DNA from: a virus | DNA length: 64,000 nt | Virus record (IMG/VR): IMGVR_UViG_3300019877_000058 | Coordinates: 2,557 to 66,556 of that record | Direction: 5' to 3' (one strand) | In this document: piece after piece, positions 1 to 8,220 of the stretch | Position numbering within the stretch: the stretch's first letter is position 1 | Layout: each line of letters begins with the position of its first letter | Notes under the pieces: generated by a model | The model's input: the letters and a program-made list of their open reading frames with translations, nothing else | Databases searched by the model: none | Told to the model about the DNA's origin: nothing | Made by a program: the position numbers and the translations under genes

Positions 1-91
1 CGCCACGATCATCGGTTTTTGCACATCCGCGGAAGCGTAACTCAGGCCATCCTGGCGCATGAAGATCTGGCTGGTATTCAACCATTCCCAT
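1..91 (-). CDS. Hypothetical protein, truncated by window edge
   Basis: ATG overlaps the TAA of the 91..297 ORF (TAATG); frame open to base 1 (MGMVEYQPDLHAPGWPELRFRGCAK...). Confidence 0.35.
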   Translation of the reverse strand, partial: MGMVEYQPDLHAPGWPELRFRGCAKTDDRG

Positions 92-297
92 TAACCGCTA
101 GCCGGCTTGTGGGTGCGGTCCTGCATCCAGTGGATCGCCTCCTCGATCTTGGTCTGCGCCAACGCGCAGCTGCGGTGGCGGCCGAGCGCTGCAATCCGCC
201 AATTGATGCGGGTGAGGTCGATCGCGATCTGATCGATCTCGTCGGCCTGGTCGTTCGACAGGCCGTTGACGAAGGTTGCTGGCTGGTCGTCGGACAT
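91..297 (-). CDS. Acb2/Tad1-like helical hairpin protein (candidate immune-signal sponge)
   Basis: 68 aa; VNGLSND...RSCALAQTKIEEAIHWMQDRT resembles the Tad1 pattern VNGVTNE...RENAMAITKLEEALMWLRKRT as recalled; AAGGGA SD before ATG 297. Confidence 0.55.
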   Translation of the reverse strand: MSDDQPATFVNGLSNDQADEIDQIAIDLTRINWRIAALGRHRSCALAQTKIEEAIHWMQDRTHKPASG

Positions 298-379
298 CAG
301 GGCATCCCTTTTATGAGCACGATGAGGAACATGCACCACAAGGTGAGAACGATCTCGATTTTGATGACTTCGCTTTGCT

Positions 380-3196
380 TCATAGCGGCCTCAGCCCAAA
401 GCTGACGAAGAACGGCTTAGCATGAAGGACGGGGGGCGCAACAGCGCCGCCGCTCGGCGGCGTCTTGTTGATGGCCTTGAGCGGCGGATAGCCCGGCAGC
501 GCCGCGATCCAGGCGAGCTGGATCTCGAGCCGCAGCCGCGCGCCACCGTTGAACGGCGGATTGTCCACGGTGGCGCTGGGTGGGGTCAGGTTGCGCGCCA
601 CGATCGGCGCCGGCGGTGGCGGGATCCAATTGGTCAGCACCTCGCCAGGCACACGCGCGCCACCGAACAGCACCGGCGCGGCCGCGAGCGGCGGCAGCAG
701 GATGGCAATGAAGGGCGCCGGCGGGGCCGGGATCCAGGACACCAGCACCGCGGTCGGGATCACTGAACCCGTGAACGGCGGGTTGTTCACCACCGCACCG
801 ATCGGCGGGTTGAGGTTCTGCGCGACAATCGGCGCCGGCGCCGGCGGGATCCAGCTGATCAGGATCTCGCGCGACACGAAGCTGCCGAGCGGCGGGAACC
901 CGGGTGCCGCCGGCGCCTGGAGCAGATTGATCGCCAGGATCGGTGCGGGCGGTGGCGGTATCCAGGCGTTGAGGATCTCAACCGGAACCCGGGTCCCGAT
1001 CGGCACGTAGGGAACTGGCCCCGAAGGCGGGGTCAGGTTTACAGCGACGATTGCTGCAGGTGGGAGCGGCAGCCATGCGATCTGCACGGCCAGCGGCACC
1101 TTGGCGCCACCCGTGAAGGGAGGATTGTCCTGGGTCCCTGCGATCGGTGGATCGAGGTTGATGGCAAGGATCGGCGCTGGAGGCGGTGGGATCCAGGCGA
1201 CCAGCACCGCTTGCGGGATTTGAGCGCCAACGAAGGGCGGGTTCTGCACCGTCGCGCTGATCGGCGGCTTCAGATTAACCGCAACAATCGGCATCGGTGG
1301 CGGCGGGATCCACGCGTTCAGGACCTCGACCGGAACCTCTGTCCCGGTGAAAGGAGGATTGTCCACGGTCGCGCCGATCGGAGGATCGAGGTTCTCCGCC
1401 ACGATGGGCGCAGGCGCCGGTGGGATCCAGGCGTTCAGAACCTCGGTCGGCACCCTCGTCCCAGCGAACGGAGGGTTGCCCCCGACGACCGGCGGATTGA
1501 ACAACCGCCCCACGATCTGGAAGAACGGCGCCGGCGTCCACGCCAGGATTTCAGGTCGTACCGAGCTGCCCCGGAACGGGAACGTCGCCACCGCGCCAGA
1601 AGGTGGCGTACGCTTCGGGCCGACGATCGGCGCTGGAGCCGGTGGGACCCAGGCTGTGATGGTAGCTTCCTGCGGCCACCGGGCTCCAGGCACGCCCGGC
1701 GGGTTGATGTCGACGCCGATGGAGGCCCGGGGATTAACGTTCCCCTCGGTCGCCGTCAGCGTGACGCTCACCGCACCCACTGCAAAGTTGGCAGCGCCGC
1801 CGAAGGTCGGGGAGAAGCCGCCGTTGCCCCGATAGATTTCGTTGTTGTTGACGGCGGTGAAGCTTGGAGGAGAACTGCCGAGGGTGCCGCCGGAGTGCGA
1901 GGCGACCACCATATTTCCAGGCTTGCTGGCGACCGTCACCGTGGCCGGCGACGTTGCTCCGGTTGAGGTGGTGACGTGCTGGAACGCGGCAGCGATACTG
2001 GCCTGGTCGACGTTGTAGAATGACGCAGCCGAGATGGAATAATCGGCAGTGCTACCCCAAGAGCCGGCGAGCGTCTTGGTGCCGACGTTCGGGTTGAGCA
2101 GGCCATAGATTTCGGCGACGTTGTTAAAGCCGCCGTCGGGGATCGACCCGAGCAGCGTCATCGTCTGACCGTCCCAGGTCAGCGTCGCCCCGCCATTGCC
2201 ACTGCCGCTGAAGCCGGCCACCACGATCAGCGCGCGGTTGGGGTGGTTACCAACCGTCATCCGGCCGGTGTCGGAGAACGACGTCTGTGCCGAGGGCGAC
2301 AGCAGCGGCGCCGTCATCTGAGATTCGAAGATGACGACCGTGCCGATTTGCGCAAACGTGGTCGGCGGGATCAGCTTGGGCGGCAGTACCGGCAGCACCG
2401 CGGCAGCCGCGGTGCGAGCATCCCAGCAGCTGAGAATGGCGCCGCTCTGACGGAACGGTGGCGGGTCGCGCGGCGGCGGCTGCACCTGAACGATGTCGAC
2501 GCCAACCGCGACCCATGCGGCGCTCGTATTGTTGAGCGTCATCACATTGCTGGTGTTGGTGACCGACAGCACGCGCACTGCGGCTGCGGCTGTTCCAACC
2601 TGGGTATTGTCGATAAAGACCGGGATGCCGGCGTTGACGCTCGAGATCGCGCCGTTGGCGGTCGAGATCTGGGCGAAGGTCTGGTTGCCTATCCGGGTGC
2701 CGATGGTGACGGAGGCAAGGGCGCTGGTGCCGATCCCGAAATTCGCCCGCAGGAATGAGGTCGCGATGCTGGCCTGATCGACATTCCAGAACGAGGCGCC
2801 GACCACGTAGAAATCCCGCGCACCGGTCCAGGAGCCCGCGAGCGTCTTGGTGCCCGGGTTAGGATTAAGCAGGCCGTAGATGGCGGAGGTGCCACCCAGC
2901 CCATTGGAGTGGAGGATCAGCTGGGTGAGCGCGACGCCGTCCCAGGTGATGCTGATCCCGGTCGGCGGTGTCGACGTCGACCACGAGATGCCAACCAGCA
3001 GCGCGCGGTTGGGGTTGGCGGCAATGGTTAGTTTGGTGCTGTCGCTGAACGAAGCGGCCGCAGCGCCGGTGACGTCGGCGTTGCTTTGGGCGTCGAAGAC
3101 GACCCCAGGCAGCCCCGCCGACGGGGTGAGCTTCTTACCCTCTAGCGGCTGGGCGCCGCCGATATGGGGCGGATTGGGAGTGTAGTAAAGACCCAC
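380..3196 (-). CDS. Large virion-associated protein: two duplicated beta-rich domains plus 11 Pro/Trp-rich ~40-aa repeats
   Basis: 938 aa; duplicated PNRAL...TWDG...IYGLLNPN.GTKTLAGSW...NVDQASIA block; NPPFxG..VP.EVL.AWIPPPPAPIVA.NL.PP repeats. Confidence 0.85.
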   Translation of the reverse strand: MGLYYTPNPPHIGGAQPLEGKKLTPSAGLPGVVFDAQSNADVTGAAAASFSDSTKLTIAANPNRALLVGISWSTSTPPTGISITWDGVALTQLILHSNGLGGTSAIYGLLNPNPGTKTLAGSWTGARDFYVVGASFWNVDQASIATSFLRANFGIGTSALASVTIGTRIGNQTFAQISTANGAISSVNAGIPVFIDNTQVGTAAAAVRVLSVTNTSNVMTLNNTSAAWVAVGVDIVQVQPPPRDPPPFRQSGAILSCWDARTAAAAVLPVLPPKLIPPTTFAQIGTVVIFESQMTAPLLSPSAQTSFSDTGRMTVGNHPNRALIVVAGFSGSGNGGATLTWDGQTMTLLGSIPDGGFNNVAEIYGLLNPNVGTKTLAGSWGSTADYSISAASFYNVDQASIAAAFQHVTTSTGATSPATVTVASKPGNMVVASHSGGTLGSSPPSFTAVNNNEIYRGNGGFSPTFGGAANFAVGAVSVTLTATEGNVNPRASIGVDINPPGVPGARWPQEATITAWVPPAPAPIVGPKRTPPSGAVATFPFRGSSVRPEILAWTPAPFFQIVGRLFNPPVVGGNPPFAGTRVPTEVLNAWIPPAPAPIVAENLDPPIGATVDNPPFTGTEVPVEVLNAWIPPPPMPIVAVNLKPPISATVQNPPFVGAQIPQAVLVAWIPPPPAPILAINLDPPIAGTQDNPPFTGGAKVPLAVQIAWLPLPPAAIVAVNLTPPSGPVPYVPIGTRVPVEILNAWIPPPPAPILAINLLQAPAAPGFPPLGSFVSREILISWIPPAPAPIVAQNLNPPIGAVVNNPPFTGSVIPTAVLVSWIPAPPAPFIAILLPPLAAAPVLFGGARVPGEVLTNWIPPPPAPIVARNLTPPSATVDNPPFNGGARLRLEIQLAWIAALPGYPPLKAINKTPPSGGAVAPPVLHAKPFFVSFGLRPL
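440..1690 (-). repeat. Coding tandem repeat, about 11 units of ~120 bp
   Basis: Eleven W-[IVLT]-P-x-x-P-A-P-I-type units in the C-terminal half of the 938-aa ORF; boundaries approximate. Confidence 0.9.
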
Positions 3197-3230
3197 AACC
3201 CGCCCCCATCAGTGGTCTGGCAGCCTAGAT

Positions 3231-3734
3231 TTAGATCTCGCCGTAGTTGATGCCTGCCGCCCAGTTGGTGGTGACGCCGCCGGTGGGCGCGACTGGCAGG
3301 AACAGGCCGAGGCTGGAAGCTGAACCGGCCGGCATGACCATGGTTTCGCGCGGGGTGGCGACCCACAGGTAGCCGTTGAGGTGGTTGAAGCTGTCGCCCC
3401 ATGCCACGGTCTTGGCGCCGGCGCCTTCGGCCGAGGCGTTGATGCCGCACTTGCCGGCGGTGAGCGCGCCGCCGACGCCAACCAGGGCGGAGACGACGGT
3501 ATCGCCGAATTTCAGAGGTCGGGGAGTGGCGGTGACCACGGTCGGGAAGGCGGTGACCTGGGTCACGACCTCGATGCGTTGCTGGGCGGAGACCGCGCCG
3601 GCTGCCTGCGAGGCCCACATCCGCAGGTTTTCGAAGTTGATATTCGGTGCCGCGTTCGGCAGATAGCCGACCAGGGTGACAACCGCGTTCACGATGGTAA
3701 GGCCGTCGCCGCCAACCGAAAATTCACGAGACAT
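3231..3734 (-). CDS. Beta-rich hypothetical virion protein
   Basis: 167 aa, Gly/Ala/Thr/Val-rich beta-strand pattern, GGGGT SD, inside the structural-looking cassette. Confidence 0.7.
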   Translation of the reverse strand: MSREFSVGGDGLTIVNAVVTLVGYLPNAAPNINFENLRMWASQAAGAVSAQQRIEVVTQVTAFPTVVTATPRPLKFGDTVVSALVGVGGALTAGKCGINASAEGAGAKTVAWGDSFNHLNGYLWVATPRETMVMPAGSASSLGLFLPVAPTGGVTTNWAAGINYGEI

Positions 3735-3765
3735 GGTAGAGACCCCCTGGGGTGATTAGACCCGT

Positions 3766-4074
3766 TCAGATGAAGTGCCGGCGGCTGCGGCTGAACCGCT
3801 TCCATCCGTAGTGGCCGAAGATGCAGACAACCCCCCGCCGATAGACGATCTTCTTCGCCATCTCGTCGGTGTCGACGTCGTTCCGCAACACCGTAAACTC
3901 GTAGTCGCCATTGTGGATTGCATAATGGGTGCCAATTGTCCACGCCGCTCCATCCGAATCGGTGATGATGAAGGCTGGCGGGATCTCGACATCGGTCTCG
4001 GTTTTGCTCTGGCGCTCGTAGCGGACGCCGTTGATGACACCGGCCAGCATATGTTTGTCGAAGGCGATCGTCAT
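3766..4074 (-). CDS. Hypothetical protein (moron, left gene)
   Basis: 102 aa from ATG 4074 (MTIAFDKH...) with AAAGGGG SD; charged/aromatic composition unlike flanking structural genes. Confidence 0.7.
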   Translation of the reverse strand: MTIAFDKHMLAGVINGVRYERQSKTETDVEIPPAFIITDSDGAAWTIGTHYAIHNGDYEFTVLRNDVDTDEMAKKIVYRRGVVCIFGHYGWKRFSRSRRHFI

Positions 4075-4098
4075 TTTTACCCCTTTCTCACAAGATTT

Positions 4099-4135
4099 TT
4101 GACCCCGGAATATTGACACCGGAACCGGCTTAATT
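4099..4135 (+). promoter_or_regulatory. AT-rich divergent control region with tandem TTGAC(C/A)CCGGAA direct repeat and TTGACA -35 box
   Basis: ttgaccccggaa at 4099-4110 and ttgacaccggaa at 4113-4124, followed by ttaattatttt. Confidence 0.55.
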
Positions 4136-4194
4136 ATTTTGCCGCCCCGGTGCGGGCAATCCAGCCTCCGCGCCGAAGCGAGGGACCTAAAGCC

Positions 4195-4353
4195 ATGGGG
4201 AAGACATACCACGATCGATTCTACTACACCGACGAGGACTTCGGAGCAGAGCCCGATCTGGTGCACAAGGAAGCCTACGCGGCCCAGCTCAAACGGGAGG
4301 CGGCACTCTGGGCGCGCCGCAACAAGAAAGGACCCGAGACCGACGTTCCTTAA
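4195..4353 (+). CDS. Small hypothetical protein (moron, antisense to structural cassette)
   Basis: 52 aa MGKTYHDRFYYTDEDFGAEPDLVHKEAYAAQLKREAALWARRNKKGPETDVP; AGGGA SD; upstream -35 box and downstream hairpin. Confidence 0.6.
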   Translation: MGKTYHDRFYYTDEDFGAEPDLVHKEAYAAQLKREAALWARRNKKGPETDVP

Positions 4354-4365
4354 CGATAATCTCGA

Positions 4366-4395
4366 TCCGGGGGAGCCCCAGGGGGTTCCTCCGGA
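4366..4395. terminator. GC-rich hairpin between converging genes
   Basis: tccgggggagcccc-ag-ggggttcctccgga stem with G-U pairs; no clear U tract. Confidence 0.5.
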
Positions 4396-5109
4396 CTACT
4401 GCGCCAGGATCGGCGCGAGCTGGCGCCACGGGTTGTAGGGCGTCGGCGTCCCTCCGGCCGCGGCAGGCTGGATGGCCACAGCAAAGGTAATATACCGGCT
4501 ACCAGCATTGCTGGTCGTGAAGGTCGCGGCAACCGACCCCGCCGTGGACTGGACCTTGTCCTCGCTCGTGGTATCGACCTGGTTGATGTTGGTCTGTCGT
4601 TGCGTATAGCCCGTGCCAGTCGACGCCAGCGTGGCGTTGGAGGTGTCGATGGTGACGCCGTAGATCAGATCGCCGTTGACGGCGGTTGTAAAATTGCCAG
4701 AGCTGAGGAAATCCGTCGCCGTGCTGCCGGTCTGCACCGCTGCAGCAACGTGGTGACCGTCGCTTGAATTGGTTGCGGCCAGCACGCCGGAATATTCATC
4801 GGCGCCGATCTGAAGGAAGCTCTGACTCGGGGAGAAGTTGGCCGTGATGACGGTCGGCGCATTGGTGATATTGCCGAGGAAGAACATCGCGCCGGCCTGG
4901 GCGTTGACCGCGTCGGCCAGCCTATCCGAGATCGTGTAGGTATTGCCCTTGTCGTCGGTGACGCTGCTAAGGTTGGTGGTGCCGTTCTGTCCCCACGAGA
5001 CCCAGCCGCAAACGCTGTTGCCGGAGCCGACAGCGGCGCCCAGAGTCACCCCGAGCGAGGCTCCTGAACCTGCGCCGGCCGCATTGCCTTGAACGCGGGT
5101 AATGGCCAT
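4396..5109 (-). CDS. Beta-rich virion/fibre-like protein
   Basis: 237 aa, Thr/Ser/Gly/Ala-rich; C-terminal PYNPWRQLAPILAQ. Confidence 0.75.
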   Translation of the reverse strand: MAITRVQGNAAGAGSGASLGVTLGAAVGSGNSVCGWVSWGQNGTTNLSSVTDDKGNTYTISDRLADAVNAQAGAMFFLGNITNAPTVITANFSPSQSFLQIGADEYSGVLAATNSSDGHHVAAAVQTGSTATDFLSSGNFTTAVNGDLIYGVTIDTSNATLASTGTGYTQRQTNINQVDTTSEDKVQSTAGSVAATFTTSNAGSRYITFAVAIQPAAAGGTPTPYNPWRQLAPILAQ

Positions 5110-5123
5110 CGACTAGCCCTGGG

Positions 5124-5495
5124 CTAGATTTGCGCGATGAAGGCGTTGAAGGCGGCTGCGATCGCGTTGTTGATATCGGCGTCGAGGCAGAGCAGTGCCG
5201 CGGTCGCTAGCGGGCCCGTGGTGAACCCGACGATACTGCCGGGCGCGGTGGCTTCGTTGGCCACGATCTGGTTGGCTGCGGTCGCATTGACGAACAGCGG
5301 CTTGTAGAAATTCGGGTTGTTGAGCACTTGGGCGGCGTAGTTCTTGCGCGCGACGTGCAGCTGCAGCGCTCCGGAAGCAATGGTCTCGCCCGGCACCACG
5401 ACCGTGCAAAACTGGATCATGCTCATGAAGACGCGCTGGCCGAACACGGTATCGTTCGCCAGCGTCTGCATGTCGTTGAGGTTTGCAACCGACAT
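5124..5495 (-). CDS. Hypothetical phage protein
   Basis: 123 aa, coupled to neighbouring ORFs. Confidence 0.7.
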   Translation of the reverse strand: MSVANLNDMQTLANDTVFGQRVFMSMIQFCTVVVPGETIASGALQLHVARKNYAAQVLNNPNFYKPLFVNATAANQIVANEATAPGSIVGFTTGPLATAALLCLDADINNAIAAAFNAFIAQI

Positions 5496-5498
5496 CGA

Positions 5499-6086
5499 TT
5501 ATTTCCTCGCGAAATTGGACGGACCGTCCGGATCCAGGATCGAGCGCAGCGAGGCGAAGCGCTTCTCGGCCTCGGTCTTCATCTTCATCGCCTCGTTGTG
5601 CAGGTCGTCGAGGATGGTATGGCGCGAGTTGAGCTCGGCCTCATGCGCGTTGGCTGCTGATTCGCGCGCGGTGACGTCCTGCTCGCGCTTGCGCAGGTCC
5701 TGGTCGGTGGCGCTCTGACGCGCGTTCAGCGCCGCGTTCTCCATCGCCAGCTGGCGCTCGCGCTTCTCGAGATCACCCTTGGCCTTGGCGACCGCGTCCT
5801 GGTGATGGGCGGCGTCCTGGATCAGCTTGTCGTGCGCGGCGCTGGCCTCGCTGTGGCGCCTGGAGATCTCAGCCTCGCGCCTCGAGCTCTCGGTGGTAAA
5901 GCCCGCCATCTTCTCGTTCAGCTCGTACAGCGCCTTGTTATGGGCCTGGGTAGCCTGTTCCATCGAGACCTGGGCGGCACCAAGTGCGGCGAACTTGGCC
6001 TTGGCCAGTTCCGGGTCGCCGAGGATAGTCAAAAGCGACATCACGGCATTGGAGCTGTCGCTGCCCGGAGGCGAGGAACCCATCAT
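5499..6086 (-). CDS. Coiled-coil protein
   Basis: 195 aa with heptad-like E/R/A/Q-rich helix; GAGGT SD. Confidence 0.75.
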   Translation of the reverse strand: MMGSSPPGSDSSNAVMSLLTILGDPELAKAKFAALGAAQVSMEQATQAHNKALYELNEKMAGFTTESSRREAEISRRHSEASAAHDKLIQDAAHHQDAVAKAKGDLEKRERQLAMENAALNARQSATDQDLRKREQDVTARESAANAHEAELNSRHTILDDLHNEAMKMKTEAEKRFASLRSILDPDGPSNFARK

Positions 6087-6098
6087 GACGGAAATACC

Positions 6099-6458
6099 TC
6101 AGGTGTTGGTGATGAAATCGATCTTGACCTGGACCTGGTTGTTTCCGGAGCCATTGCCGTTGGTCGGCACGCCCTTGAACTCGGTCTGGTTGGCCGCAAA
6201 GCGCTGATTCGTCGCCGCTGCAGCTGGAGCCGGAGGAGTCCCAACCGTACCGAAGCCGAATAGAACCGAACAAACGCCGTCCGTGTGAATTCGAACGTAT
6301 TTCGTCCCCGGATTTAAGGCTGCGGTGATTTGGTGCCCGCCGCTGATGTCACCGGTTTTTTGCTCGGCAAGCTTGCTGTTCTCATCCGGCATCTGACCGG
6401 CATCGCCAGCGAGCTGGGTCAGCTGGGCATATTCGGCGATGTAGGCGAAGACGGCCAT
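6099..6458 (-). CDS. Conserved small phage protein (possible capsid decoration)
   Basis: 119 aa; YIAEYA...AEQ...YVRIHTDGVCSVLFG...RFAANQTEF pattern recalled from rhizobial phages; GAGGGA SD. Confidence 0.7.
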   Translation of the reverse strand: MAVFAYIAEYAQLTQLAGDAGQMPDENSKLAEQKTGDISGGHQITAALNPGTKYVRIHTDGVCSVLFGFGTVGTPPAPAAAATNQRFAANQTEFKGVPTNGNGSGNNQVQVKIDFITNT

Positions 6459-6467
6459 GGTGGTCCC

Positions 6468-6818
6468 TCACGAAGCAGGCTCCAGCGGTAGAGGCTGACG
6501 GCCGTATTGTAAAGCTCGGGCCTTGGAGCGACGCAAAAGCTCGACCTTGCCAAAGCTGCGCTCGTGCGCCTTACCGCGCTCTTCGTTGCACGACCGACAC
6601 GCTGCGACGTACCTTCGCTCGCCATTCCTCGGAGGATTCTTCCGCCTCAGGTCGCCCTTCGGGAACAGGTGGTCCAGGGTAACCATAGTTGGCGGATAGT
6701 GCTCGCCTTTTCGCGGCGGCATCGGCACCGGCGTCATCGCTGCCTGACACCAGTGGCACTTCCACTCCTGGCGCTTGGCTTCCTCGTTGCGCCGTCGCGT
6801 GATCTTGCTTCCGGCCAT
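6468..6818 (-). CDS. HNH endonuclease
   Basis: CHWC...TLDHLFPK...VAACRSCNEERG: zinc-binding CxxC pairs and HNH core. Confidence 0.85.
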   Translation of the reverse strand: MAGSKITRRRNEEAKRQEWKCHWCQAAMTPVPMPPRKGEHYPPTMVTLDHLFPKGDLRRKNPPRNGERRYVAACRSCNEERGKAHERSFGKVELLRRSKARALQYGRQPLPLEPAS

Positions 6819-6995
6819 TGCCTCTCCAGCTGCCGCGCACGTCCGACACCTCTCCTAACACCTCCCGGATCGAATAGCCTAACCCTTGGGCCTCGCAGGC
6901 CCCGCGCGCCAGCTGGAGCATCTCGTGATAGTACATCCGCCGCGCGTTGCCGGCAGGCGTCTTCACCATGCCGAGCGCCAAGCGCTGGATTGGGG

Positions 6996-7319
6996 TCATT
7001 GCAGGACCTCCATGCCGCACACCGGGCAATCGGATTGCGAGGGGCCGGTCCCGCCACAAGCCGGGCACGGCCCGAGGTCCCTGCCTACCTTTTGCGTGTA
7101 GCCGTTCTGAGCGAGCCAGGTCCGCGAAATCGCCTTCTCGGCCTCGGTAAACTCCACGAGATCGAGTCGCGTCTTGTGCATCATGGCGAGCCAGGCGTCG
7201 TCGATCCAGGTCCGCGGCCGTGGCTGCTTCCATTTGCGCAAGAATCTGTCCAGCTTGTCGCGGTCGAGCGCACGCAACACCTCATCGCGCTCCTTGCGGT
7301 AGGCGCGCGCGGCGCTCAC
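6996..7319 (-). CDS. Hypothetical protein with C-terminal Cys4 zinc finger
   Basis: CPACGG...DCPVCG; coupled to neighbours. Confidence 0.65.
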   Translation of the reverse strand: MSAARAYRKERDEVLRALDRDKLDRFLRKWKQPRPRTWIDDAWLAMMHKTRLDLVEFTEAEKAISRTWLAQNGYTQKVGRDLGPCPACGGTGPSQSDCPVCGMEVLQ

Positions 7320-7597
7320 GGCAACAGTTTCTCGCCCTTGGCGTCCGGCACCTTGAGCCGATCGGGATGCTGCCGGCGCCAGTTCTCGATGCGCTCGATT
7401 AGCCCGCGCACGGCATCGATATGTTCGTCATCGGCATGCAGCACGAAGCACCGCTGCAGATAGTGATACACCGCGCCGTCCGGCTTGGCGGCGAAGGCGT
7501 CATCATGAGCCAGGAACACGACACACTCGGTGTCGTCGACAATGGCGTCGTTCTTGGCCTTGCGGATCTCGCCGTAGAATTTCTTGTCGAGCTTCAT
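7316..7597 (-). CDS. Conserved small phage protein (VFLAHDDAF motif)
   Basis: 93 aa from ATG 7597; ends W...PDRLKVPD; resembles the 13086..13427 protein. Confidence 0.7.
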   Translation of the reverse strand: MKLDKKFYGEIRKAKNDAIVDDTECVVFLAHDDAFAAKPDGAVYHYLQRCFVLHADDEHIDAVRGLIERIENWRRQHPDRLKVPDAKGEKLLP

Positions 7598-7608
7598 CGG
7601 ATATCCTT

Positions 7609-7821
7609 TCAGGTTCGGCGCCGGCGGCTGCCGCGCGCCATGTCGATCATCGCCCTCGGCTTTGGACCGAGCCCCTTGATCCATAGCCTCAGCTCGCATT
7701 CGAGCGTCGCCATGCTCTCGTAGACCGCGCGTTTCTCTGGTGTGAGGCCCGCGACGATCGCAAGGTGCTTCGGATTACTTGGCTCAAGCCCCATGAACAC
7801 TGCCATCTGCTCGTCGGTCAC
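7609..7821 (-). CDS. Hypothetical protein
   Basis: 70 aa, GTGA overlap with the upstream ORF. Confidence 0.6.
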   Translation of the reverse strand: MTDEQMAVFMGLEPSNPKHLAIVAGLTPEKRAVYESMATLECELRLWIKGLGPKPRAMIDMARGSRRRRT

Positions 7822-8135
7822 GGTAGCTCTTCCGGTCGCGGCGCCAGCAGGCCCTGGCGGATGCGGTACCAGACCCCGGCGCCGGTCTCACATTCTGACT
7901 TGGGCGGGATCGCCGCGAGTGTCATTTTGCGCTGCAGCAGCTTGCCGAGATTGCTGTCCTCCGGCCAGTGTGAACCGCGACTCAAGAACAGCAGCACGAA
8001 CGGCGATGGCATCTCCGGAACGTCATGGATGGCGTGGGCGAGCGCAAGCTCCCGGTCCCAGCACATACGCACCTCACGCCGCAGCTCCTCGATCGTCAGG
8101 ATGTCTTCGTAAGACGGTAAATCGCGCTTCACCAT
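7818..8135 (-). CDS. Hypothetical protein
   Basis: 105 aa in the operon chain. Confidence 0.6.
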   Translation of the reverse strand: MVKRDLPSYEDILTIEELRREVRMCWDRELALAHAIHDVPEMPSPFVLLFLSRGSHWPEDSNLGKLLQRKMTLAAIPPKSECETGAGVWYRIRQGLLAPRPEELP

Positions 8136-8220
8136 GAGCCCATACTCATACCGTAGAAGCAGGCGCCCATCGCCAGCACGAAGACCACGACGATTAACAA
8201 TATCAGCGGGTCATGAGGCA

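Noticed and set aside
6571-7233. 220-aa ORF spanning 6.6-7.2 kb
   Set aside because: It overlaps both the 6996..7319 ORF and the HNH gene. Only a segment from ATG 6999 looks plausibly coding, and its end is unresolved
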